43,132 nucleotides of DNA from a virus. The stretch is taken from the IMG/VR virus record IMGVR_UViG_3300029616_000014, positions 1 through 43,132 of that record; one strand, given 5' to 3'. Every line of letters begins with the position of its first letter. Position 1 is the stretch's first letter. The translations under genes were made by a program, and so were the position numbers. The notes beneath the pieces are model-generated. The model did not search any database. It saw only the letters and a list, made by a program, of their open reading frames with translations, and was not told the origin of the DNA. This document shows positions 19,701 through 25,477 of the stretch, in pieces.

Positions 19701-22125
19701 CTTCGATTACGCTTCCGCTGACGGACAGGCGCGGATGCTGACGGTCATGCAGATGTCTACCCTGATGGGCGACACGCAGGGGCAGGTGCAGATTGCAGAT
19801 ATCTTCAACCGCCAAGGCACGGTGCTGGCACAGGCATTGCAGGCGCGCAAAATTTTCTATATGATGTCCCCTGCCGCGCAGGCAGCTTCCATTCAGAAGA
19901 TTGCCAACAATCTGAGCCAGGAGAACGGCGTAACCGTTACTGTTCCGCAGGATACGCTTAATCGCCTGAGCCAGGCCAAGACCATGGACGAAGCGCAGAA
20001 GATTCGCAACCAGATTGTAAAGGAAATGTATCAGCAGTTGCCCGCGAACTGGAAATCCCGCCTGAACGGCCTGCGCTACTTTTCCATGCTGGCCAACCCG
20101 AGAACGCATATCCGCAATATCCTTGGCAATACCATTATGCAGGGTACGGCCTATGCGCGAGACGAAATCAACGCGGCCTTGGAGCACTTTTTCCTGCCAC
20201 AGGAGGAGCGCACAAAGGCATTCAAGACGAAGAAGGAATACAGGGACGCGGCGAAGGCGCTGTATACGGAGTTTTCGAGCCTGTTTGACGGGAATACCGG
20301 CAAGTACAACCCGGAGATGAACAGAAGGAACTTCAATACGCAGTGGCTGCAAAAGCTGGCAGACCTGAACACGAACCTGCTGGACAAGGAAGACACCATT
20401 GCGATGAGCCGGAACTTCCTTCATTATTTGGCCGGATTTATGCAGGCGCGCGGCTGGGACGTGAACAATCTGACGGACGCGCAGAAGCATGAAGCCGTGC
20501 AGTACGCCTTCACCAATGCCGAAAAGAACGTGTACCATCAGGCATCCAAGCTGGCTGAATGGCTGAACAAACTGGGCAGAGACAAGGATTCCAGCGTATT
20601 TGACAAGCTCGGACATATGGTGATCGAAGGCGTGCTGCCGTTCAAGAAAACGCCTATCAACATTTTGAAAACGGGCGTTGAGTACAGCCCCATTGGATTG
20701 ATCAATTCCCTGACCCGCGGGCTTTACCAGATGAACCAGTACCGGCAGACGAACGGGCAGAAGGGAATTTCCACGGCGCAGTTTTTGCAGAACCTTTCTT
20801 CCGGCCTGACCGGCGCCGGTCTGATGGGCGTGGGCGCGATGATGATGGCAAACGGCCTGCTGCGCGTAGGCTTTAAGGACAAAGACCCGGATGATGAATA
20901 CGCCAGACTGACCGGCAGCCAGGAATTTTCCATTGAACTGTTTGGCTACTCCTACACCATCGACTGGACGGCGCCTGCCAGCATTCCGCTGTTTATGGGC
21001 GCGTCGATGTACAAGGAGATTGAGAACAGAGACGAGGGGCTGACCTGGGGGAACGCATTCGACGTGTTCATGTCTACGATCTCCGCAATGGCTGAACCCA
21101 TGCTGAACATGACGATGCTTGACGGCGTGAATAGCACAATTCAGTCTGTTGCTTACGCCAATGCGACCGGTTCTTCTGTTGGAGATATCATCATACAATC
21201 GCTGCTCAACCTGTCTACGCAGCTTGTGCCTACAAGCCTTGGCGCTGTTGCGCGCACCGTTGATCCTGTACGCCGAAAGACCTACGCGGACAAGAACCTG
21301 AACATACCGACTTGGCTGCAATACCCATGGGAGCGCGTGCAGAACAAACTGCCAGGGCTGTCGCAGCTTAATATGCCCTACCTGAACGCATGGGGCGAAG
21401 AAGACAGGGAAGATAACCTGCTGATGCGCATCTTTGAAAACTTCCTGTCTCCCGGCTATGTATCCAAGACGGAAGCTGACAGCGTAGAGACCGAATTGCG
21501 CGACATCTCCGTCCGCACGGGTACGAATCTGATTCCTGATCTGCCAAATCAGAGTTTTTCTTTTAATAACGAAAAGATCAACCTGACGGCAGAACAATAT
21601 GAGCAGTACGTCAAGACGCGCGGCAGCCTGATGCACACGGAACTGGAACGGCTGTTTGCGACGGATGAATACAAGGCCATGAGCTTGGGCGCACAGGCAT
21701 CGTGCATTAAGAATATCCAAACGTGGGCAGACGAACAGGGAAAGGTGTCGGTATATCCGGAAAAAACGATTGTACCCAAGTGGATGGATACGAAAGACAT
21801 TGTTCCGGCTGTAATTGAGCGCCGCGCGAGTGAGGACAGGCAGGCGTACCAGAATGAAGCGTATTCCAATATCCAGAACGCCATTGACAACGACGACGCG
21901 GCGACTGCCCGCGATTGGGTGTACGCGCTGAATCAGGCAGGCGTTGAGAACTCAGATATCAAGCAGAAAATGACGACCCTGTATAAATCCGAATACCAGT
22001 ACGCGATCAGAAGCGGCGACCGGGAGACCGCCCGGAAGATCGAATGCATGCTGCTGGCCATGGACATTGGATACAAGGCCAAGAACTTTATCAGCTGGGA
22101 GAAGGACGCTTACAAGGAGGAATGA
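13774..22125 (+). CDS. Giant virion-associated (ejection/pilot, polyvalent-type) protein, 2783 aa
   Basis: Uninterrupted 8352-nt ORF with RBS cggaggt. It has Q-rich linkers (nt about 17580-17760) and hydrophobic segments (GALASALTVIASPLTVGGMV; LTGAGLMGVGAMMMANGLL near nt 20803-20862). No catalytic motif is recognisable by eye. Confidence 0.8.
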   Translation: MSQLYDDEKQKKLTTVSMTSSKQKLKQVLQEQKQKEKNPVQRKNTKIGASQSPKFVSTTFISPVQPIVRTQPSSNLQRLLAKVETDNSWYSGSTPTRSEAAARIYTISQTDPARARKLNQAFSQLQRDPSSQFYNPYGAATNKAIQELANLGVDMSGGITEDWLAKNSWLKAYYRTSGNSGTPLAPTKSSTAEQNAAYYYYQILKAQDTTNQAEAEWKALQEEIGYWANRKDRNYSDDQIISRIDWSKYKTLARMDDGAASGVPLTLNSSIGYSQDALKGVIWAARNGSTGNPLADSAKAVLGAGKTWQEDKRISAKLDPSSKAYSPYAVGSTLDDAALYFGVDSFSKDWLANNRNILAGNDATAKKMYQTVYNAEQTTLKAEQELDELHANIDRYLESTTDPDQIMRMIDGDYKTLDSLDESMRDGKLIGTTRAINYRKQDIEFEVRRRCLAKNTQINGADYVGAVWKLLGLPEVKTEASSAVGASRDNAINAGGATIADAGTDEEKTVFKTAYSSDFDNYLTQIKGAMDSGVSDPQGGYDYTLKRADQYAAENYMDAMDTVLTYEEAQQAKDEAIKKLNDLGVVYDEDGNIDMTNRKGSLIVPGADTAMAAAGTSDAPRKLRKTSDDTADEIDMLRKEIASGYGKDEKGKRVKLTDEEIELKHSQLQALLHPEAITATQKEINQLLAVVDESTETMERTQKSYDKANITLKNITEGYAVADRMQALTGVKAGDSDSTLAQMTYLFSIARNYEPTEYRSANLYALAMDGQGATYEETAAAAKQGMAENKQMIEQINFALGELESKGAHLPDDKMENVKRYVAALERDVQDAEYFLLRENDDYYQESQDVSNEIFAAWQDYNELNPLGMLNPFADRKGYTALDNVVAIRLEQLQMEEASKTIGRNLKSDKVIMSTGNPAKDGYYTEDINQLSKNECMTYLYIRGKEGVDAAQEYYDHLTNAEYGVINMRRNLDWTAKAQEFADQNAVTGALASALTVIASPLTVGGMVESIKADVLGQELNPYARGFVYGNMSGTARATVKENISESVGGGARGWLLGALYDALMSYGDSMVSSYFMGDLGAAAGSGAGKLLAKTGLTENYVNLASKVVSSFVTASGQGMQAVGNTVMDAKLRGATATERRVLGLVTFLAETATEAIEVETIDSAIHGGAEREFKDTFKKLLFNMFNEGAGEGVSELVEGMADKVVMDYKSNWAEFVQRYIDEGMTKKQAEDAAWKEILWNAAEAAAVGGISGGLGTGLGYVQGRIFGDGSQTQDAVQPTAETVQQTQQTAQETVQQTAQEQTQQEAPTIAQETQNAEVENAAPETAKAAQTLNTKEETQPFDTGERLTQYEVNEKTVRQVTALTASLEADEASQTATIGAALLGDNATPQETAFASAAAQHMTDTLGSDAAVRFTRDVLLLDSDTNGVRAALTVAALSKGGNASQVAQRMAQEGVTAEGIQELKAAADLDVQDANVTAQMQQTVQENQVAKRTAQLIGDGALKAVQPYETAVAQAKSVLRQAQGELRRQVKRREGLGQNLLSLQDQINSGTATPQLLDTFRSTVKDIEGQIKVVNEYTQRVANAEQSMHDAQNQLDTVRDETLRRVRQQAQQDVADMQAQQLAEQEAAKAEQAQQAEAQEKTGYQKKQFIPYDGPVPQTVDNVQQETVAIDDASYAQVQRIVEEAQAEDETKLSVRSIVKSALRAAFGSRFDQTQVTVDNVQFDGQPYTVTLFKNLINKVVSDPGMTVDKLSVLGNVEQVLKNANYLTSSDVDRSHQNKDDVIRYDYLNTPVRINGVDQNVRFTIEAYDDHNKAKTYMLTDIEMTPPASLPTTGYVPAHTGDGLLSPTGHVPAAQSEASSSTNILADNAENVNTENISNLESLNDANVPPATPMQDNADTQNDSGEKYRQFGTQTAQSTDALFQETRDYLLHNSVYEADSNTEQIDRAIDWVRGQATSHDPAGYFTAKSAVLDPSFDYASADGQARMLTVMQMSTLMGDTQGQVQIADIFNRQGTVLAQALQARKIFYMMSPAAQAASIQKIANNLSQENGVTVTVPQDTLNRLSQAKTMDEAQKIRNQIVKEMYQQLPANWKSRLNGLRYFSMLANPRTHIRNILGNTIMQGTAYARDEINAALEHFFLPQEERTKAFKTKKEYRDAAKALYTEFSSLFDGNTGKYNPEMNRRNFNTQWLQKLADLNTNLLDKEDTIAMSRNFLHYLAGFMQARGWDVNNLTDAQKHEAVQYAFTNAEKNVYHQASKLAEWLNKLGRDKDSSVFDKLGHMVIEGVLPFKKTPINILKTGVEYSPIGLINSLTRGLYQMNQYRQTNGQKGISTAQFLQNLSSGLTGAGLMGVGAMMMANGLLRVGFKDKDPDDEYARLTGSQEFSIELFGYSYTIDWTAPASIPLFMGASMYKEIENRDEGLTWGNAFDVFMSTISAMAEPMLNMTMLDGVNSTIQSVAYANATGSSVGDIIIQSLLNLSTQLVPTSLGAVARTVDPVRRKTYADKNLNIPTWLQYPWERVQNKLPGLSQLNMPYLNAWGEEDREDNLLMRIFENFLSPGYVSKTEADSVETELRDISVRTGTNLIPDLPNQSFSFNNEKINLTAEQYEQYVKTRGSLMHTELERLFATDEYKAMSLGAQASCIKNIQTWADEQGKVSVYPEKTIVPKWMDTKDIVPAVIERRASEDRQAYQNEAYSNIQNAIDNDDAATARDWVYALNQAGVENSDIKQKMTTLYKSEYQYAIRSGDRETARKIECMLLAMDIGYKAKNFISWEKDAYKEE

Positions 22126-22130
22126 TAACC

Positions 22131-22325
22131 ATGCGTTTTGACCGCATCCATCAATCGCGCATCGACGCGGCGGAGGCAGCCTACGGCCTGACGGACGACG
22201 AGCGCGAGGTGCTGAGCCTGTCCCGGCGCGGGAAATCCGTTATCGCCATCGGCATGGCGCTGGGCATGAGCACCAGAACCGTCAGCCGACGCAGAGCAGA
22301 CATCATGCGCAAGATCAACATCTGA
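22131..22325 (+). CDS. GerE/LuxR-type HTH protein (64 aa)
   Basis: ATG 22131 follows ggagga. LTDDEREVLSLSRRGKSVIAIGMALGMSTRTVSRRRADIMRKI is a textbook GerE-family HTH. Confidence 0.8.
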   Translation: MRFDRIHQSRIDAAEAAYGLTDDEREVLSLSRRGKSVIAIGMALGMSTRTVSRRRADIMRKINI

Positions 22326-22329
22326 CAAC

Positions 22330-22351
22330 GCCCCCTTCGGGGGGCTTTTTT
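22330..22351 (+). terminator. Rho-independent terminator closing the late operon
   Basis: gccccc-ttcg-gggggc followed by tttttt. Confidence 0.9.
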
Positions 22352-22366
22352 ATTTTGCAAAAATGG

Positions 22367-22395
22367 TTGACAAATGGACGTAAAGATGGTATCAT
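22367..22395 (+). promoter_or_regulatory. Near-consensus sigma70/sigmaA promoter
   Basis: TTGACA (22367-22372), 17-nt spacer, TATCAT (22390-22395). Confidence 0.65.
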
Positions 22396-22396
22396 A

Positions 22397-22526
22397 ACAG
22401 CGTCGGGAGATAATCCCGCTGTCAGGAAGCAATTCCTGTGGATTGAAACGAAAACAGAAATGGAAACGATCATGATCTCATGGTCGCATCCGCAAAGAAG
22501 CCTTGCACTGCGCAGGGCTTTTTTGT
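22397..22526 (+). ncRNA. Candidate about 125-nt terminated transcript (sRNA or riboswitch-like leader)
   Basis: Two 5' hairpins: acagc..ggga-gataa-tccc..gctgt, and caggaa-GCAA-ttcctg. An A-rich stretch with repeated gaaac follows. The terminator is gccttgc-actgc-gcagggc + tttttt (22500-22524). Confidence 0.35.
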
Positions 22527-22631
22527 TGCCCAAATGGCGCGAAACTGGCGCGAATGCGGCGCGTTTTCACCCGCGTTTTGTGCGACAATCAGCACACCGG
22601 GAAACCCGGAATAACACAAGGGAGGAATATC

Positions 22632-23207
22632 ATGGACATTGAATACACTCGCAGAGGCCAAGGCAATCTGAATACTGTGCTTGGCGCAATCGGCACGGCT
22701 GGCGCCGTTGGCATTCTGAACGGCGGACTGGGCGGCCTTTTTGGCGGCGCGCGCAATGTGAACGTCAACGGCGAATGCAGCGAAAATCACCTGGTTGATC
22801 GCTATGATGCTTCTCAGCAGGCAAAAATCGCCCAGCTTGAGGCCGAAATTAAGCTGCGCGACAGCAACATCTACACCGATCAGAAGAGCCTTGCGCTGTA
22901 CCAGTACATTGACGGGCAGATCAAGGAGATTCGCGGCGAACTGTCCGATCAGCGCGTACACAACCAGCGCACCGAGGATAGCTTTGTCCTGGCGCGTCAG
23001 GATCTGGCTACCGTTAAGGCCGAGCTGGACGGCAAGATCAAGATGGAAGCCGAAAAGCGCTGCTGCGGCGATAACTCCATCGTGACATACGCAAACGCCA
23101 CCTTCTACCCCAAACAGGTTGCTGACGTGACCGTAGGCACTGCCACCACCGCGCAGAGCACCTACAATCCGCTGCCCAAGTGCGGCGATTGCTGCGGCAA
23201 CAACTGA
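22632..23207 (+). CDS. Hypothetical glycine-zipper / coiled-coil / Cys-rich-tail protein (191 aa)
   Basis: RBS agggagga. N-terminus LGAIGTAGAVGILNGGLGGLFGG, central coiled coil, C-terminus KCGDCCGNN. Hairpin terminators lie on both sides of the gene. Confidence 0.7.
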   Translation: MDIEYTRRGQGNLNTVLGAIGTAGAVGILNGGLGGLFGGARNVNVNGECSENHLVDRYDASQQAKIAQLEAEIKLRDSNIYTDQKSLALYQYIDGQIKEIRGELSDQRVHNQRTEDSFVLARQDLATVKAELDGKIKMEAEKRCCGDNSIVTYANATFYPKQVADVTVGTATTAQSTYNPLPKCGDCCGNN

Positions 23208-23214
23208 CAAAAGC

Positions 23215-23249
23215 GGGAGGGCTGGCACTGACCGGCTCTCTCCGTTTTT
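23215..23249 (+). terminator. Terminator-like hairpin after the glycine-zipper gene
   Basis: gggagggctgg-cactga-ccggctctctc (11 bp including G-U pairs), then cg + ttttt. Confidence 0.5.
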
Positions 23250-23268
23250 CTGATTGGAGGATTACGTA

Positions 23269-23616
23269 ATGGTTAGTATTGAGACCATAGAGCGCGGCCT
23301 TGCGCAGTATATCGACGCTGAATTGCTGCCTAAATTGCCGCAGGACGGCCTTAAAGGCTTTGGCGTGCGGTCAATGGCTACGGCTATTGTAATGCGCGGG
23401 GGACGGCTCCTGAGCGCCTACGCGACCTGGAAGCCTGCGCAGATCATGGGCGCTATTACGCCTGACGGCACAGTTGATATAGATTTTTTGCGCGATGTTT
23501 TCAAGGGCGGCATCCAGCAGGGCGGCCAGAAAATTGATTTGCCGCTGGGTGTGTCGCTGAGAATTACGCCTGAGGATGTAGATCACATATACAGCTACAT
23601 CATGCAGGCGCAGTAA
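23269..23616 (+). CDS. Hypothetical protein (115 aa)
   Basis: ATG 23269 lies 7 nt after ggagga. No recognisable motif. Confidence 0.6.
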   Translation: MVSIETIERGLAQYIDAELLPKLPQDGLKGFGVRSMATAIVMRGGRLLSAYATWKPAQIMGAITPDGTVDIDFLRDVFKGGIQQGGQKIDLPLGVSLRITPEDVDHIYSYIMQAQ

Positions 23617-23626
23617 GGAGGAAATC

Positions 23627-23935
23627 ATGAAAGAACTGAAAGAAGTCATCCGCGACATCGGGGAAATCCTGGACAGCGCGGAGATGTACGCCAAGGAAGC
23701 CGTCAAGCACAAGACGCAGTATCCTTCCCTGGCCGGTGTCTATTGCCGCATCGCGCAGGACGATCTGTCTCACGTCGATATGCTGCATAAGCAGGCCGTT
23801 GAGATGATTGGCGAGCAGAAGCGCTCCGGTGCGACCGTCCCCGAATCCATGCAGGCTGTGTGGGATTTTGAGCACGAGCGCCAGATCGAAGACGTGGCGG
23901 ACGTGAAGCGGCTGATCGATATGTACAAGGAGTAA
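23627..23935 (+). CDS. Hypothetical helical protein (102 aa)
   Basis: RBS aaggagga. Composition predicts an all-helical fold (possible four-helix bundle). No recognisable motif. Confidence 0.6.
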   Translation: MKELKEVIRDIGEILDSAEMYAKEAVKHKTQYPSLAGVYCRIAQDDLSHVDMLHKQAVEMIGEQKRSGATVPESMQAVWDFEHERQIEDVADVKRLIDMYKE

Positions 23936-23943
23936 AATATCAA

Positions 23944-23974
23944 CCGGAGTGCTGATATGTGCTCCGGTTTTTTG
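23944..23974 (+). terminator. Rho-independent terminator
   Basis: ccggagtgc-tgatat-gtgctccgg followed by tttttt. Confidence 0.8.
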
Positions 23975-24020
23975 TACACAATAGATTGGTGTGTACATGT
24001 ACACAATAATGTACATAATA
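23973..24020. repeat. attP arm-type repeats (TGTACA[C/T]AATA x3 plus a TGTACA half)
   Basis: tgtacacaata at 23973-23983 and 23998-24008. tgtacataata at 24010-24020. tgtaca at 23992-23997. Confidence 0.6.
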
Positions 24021-24169
24021 GCCGCACATAACCGCAAGTAACGAACAATAATTCCGCGTTTTCTCCATTTTTCCTTCTTTGCCTCGTCAGCCCAGTTTTC
24101 CCCCGTTTTAGCCCCAAAACCGCACAAAAAAGTGCGAAACCGGCTATTTTCAAGCAGATTTCGCACATT

Positions 24170-24234
24170 TGGCGGAGAAGGAGAGATTTGAACTCTCGCA
24201 CCGGTTATCCCAGTCTACTCCCTTAGCAGGGGAA
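24170..24234 (-). other. attP core: 3' portion of tRNA-Ser(GCU), from anticodon loop to CCA
   Basis: The reverse complement reads tcccctGCTaagggagtagactgggataaccggtgcgagagttcaaatctctccttctccgcca. This is anticodon loop, long variable arm, T arm, acceptor 3' strand and CCA. No matching 5' half is present, so it is not a functional tRNA. Confidence 0.8.
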
Positions 24235-24269
24235 ACGTTTCCAAGTAAAATGGCCGATAAATCGCAGTT

Positions 24270-24291
24270 TGTACACAGTTTGTACACAATA
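24270..24291. repeat. attP arm-type repeats on the integrase side
   Basis: tgtacaca at 24270-24277 and tgtacacaata at 24281-24291. Same motif as at 23973-24020. Confidence 0.6.
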
Positions 24292-24295
24292 ACAG

Positions 24296-25456
24296 TCAGG
24301 CAGTCGGTCGTTTCATCGCGTTTGCAGCTTCTCGTGCATCGCTGTCATCGGGGTGCACATATCTGTCCATCATCTTAGTACTTGACCAGCGCATGATCTT
24401 TTGGAGCACCTGTGGCGGGGTGTGTTCGTCTACAGCGTGAACCGTAGCGGTTGTGTGTCGGCAGGAATAAGGCGTGAGACGGCGCGTAATGCCAGCAGCT
24501 TTCAGCGATTTGTAATACTTTTTGTAAAAGGCCATATCGGTCATAGGGTATAGACGGCCATCCTCTCCGGCCAGCGCCATTGCATCCTCAAGCACAGGGC
24601 AAATGTCATCTGGCAGAAACACGGCAGACTTTTTTCGCGTGTCCGTTTTGATGCCTACGCCGACAATCTCCCTGTTTGGCAGGTCGATCATGGATACGGT
24701 CAGCTTGAGCATTTCGCCGGTCATCATGCCCGTGTATATCATAATCAGCGGAATATAGACGTTTGTATCGCCACGATCATACAACGCCCACAGGAGCCGT
24801 TGTTCTTCGTCCGTAAACGGCTCTCTTTCTTTTTCGTTGATCGCTGGCAAATCTATAAACGACGGCAGGTCTTTGCTACACCATCCATCCGCAGCGGCCA
24901 GATTGAACAAATGGGCAAGCAACTGCTTTGCGTCCCTGGCTGGATAATAAGTAGGGCATGTGGCGTTTACTGCGTTGCGCAGGTCAGCTACCGTGATTGC
25001 GTTGACAGGAACAATGCTGATTGACTTTAGCTTGCTCCAAGCGATTTTGTATGCCGTGCGTTTGCTCTCCGACAGTTTTTCCATTTCATTGCCGTAGTAG
25101 CTTTCCCAATAAAAGGACAGCGGCGGCGCTTTTTTCTTTTCCGCGCCAGACAGCAAGGCCGGACAATAGTTGAGCGCATCGGTTCTGGTGGCAAAACCGC
25201 CCTTGGTTTTTTCCATGCGCACTTTTTCGCCGCTCGCATCTGTATAACAGACCACGACACGCGCCGTCCAGGTCTTCCCGCGCTTGAAGGCGGTTCCCGT
25301 CCCATTGCTGCGCCGCTTTACTCCGCGCTTTTGCGCCTGCCTCATCCCGCACCAGGGGCAGAACGGCGCGCCGTCCGGGATTGCGCCCTTGCATTTTTTG
25401 CATTCCATGGCTTTTTTCTCCATTTTTATCGCATCATCTGTGATTTGCGTGATCAC
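24296..25456 (-). CDS. int: Tyrosine integrase with N-terminal zinc ribbon and arm-binding domain
   Basis: C-terminal segment RHTTATVH...KIMRWSSTKMMDRYVH fits the R..H..Y catalytic pattern. N-terminal segment CKKCKGAIPDGAPFCPWCG is a zinc ribbon. ATG 25408 (MECKKC, RBS ggaga) is the more likely start. Confidence 0.9.
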   Translation of the reverse strand: MITQITDDAIKMEKKAMECKKCKGAIPDGAPFCPWCGMRQAQKRGVKRRSNGTGTAFKRGKTWTARVVVCYTDASGEKVRMEKTKGGFATRTDALNYCPALLSGAEKKKAPPLSFYWESYYGNEMEKLSESKRTAYKIAWSKLKSISIVPVNAITVADLRNAVNATCPTYYPARDAKQLLAHLFNLAAADGWCSKDLPSFIDLPAINEKEREPFTDEEQRLLWALYDRGDTNVYIPLIMIYTGMMTGEMLKLTVSMIDLPNREIVGVGIKTDTRKKSAVFLPDDICPVLEDAMALAGEDGRLYPMTDMAFYKKYYKSLKAAGITRRLTPYSCRHTTATVHAVDEHTPPQVLQKIMRWSSTKMMDRYVHPDDSDAREAANAMKRPTA

Positions 25457-25477
25457 TTTTTTATCAGATGTGACGGA

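Noticed and set aside
15760-21720. Very long minus-strand ORFs (668 aa at 15760-17766, 783 aa at 19369-21720) antisense to the giant gene
   Set aside because: Their composition (R/A/G/H/L/V-rich, low complexity) is typical of antisense frames in GC-rich coding DNA. They have no RBS. The plus-strand ORF is uninterrupted for 8.3 kb with an RBS and sensible protein-like segments.
13774-22125. Giant ORF as an N4-like virion RNA polymerase or crAss-like two-barrel RNAP
   Set aside because: I could not find convincing polymerase motifs by eye. The only DxDxD-like string (DKDPD near nt 20880) sits in a loop next to a hydrophobic segment, with no surrounding conserved context. The idea is left as untested rather than claimed.
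22355-22642. 95-aa ORF spanning the promoter, leader and terminator upstream of 22632
   Set aside because: It begins upstream of the -35 box, runs through an intrinsic terminator, has no RBS, and has a basic, low-complexity composition.
23600-24201. Minus-strand ORFs of 188 aa and 143 aa across the attP region
   Set aside because: They overlap a well-supported plus-strand gene and the AT-rich attP arms. They have no RBS and odd composition.
24170-24234. Possible complete tRNA-Ser gene on the minus strand
   Set aside because: Only the anticodon loop through CCA is present. The sequence where the acceptor 5' strand and D arm should be (24235-24270) does not pair with the acceptor 3' strand. 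It is interpreted as the attP core.
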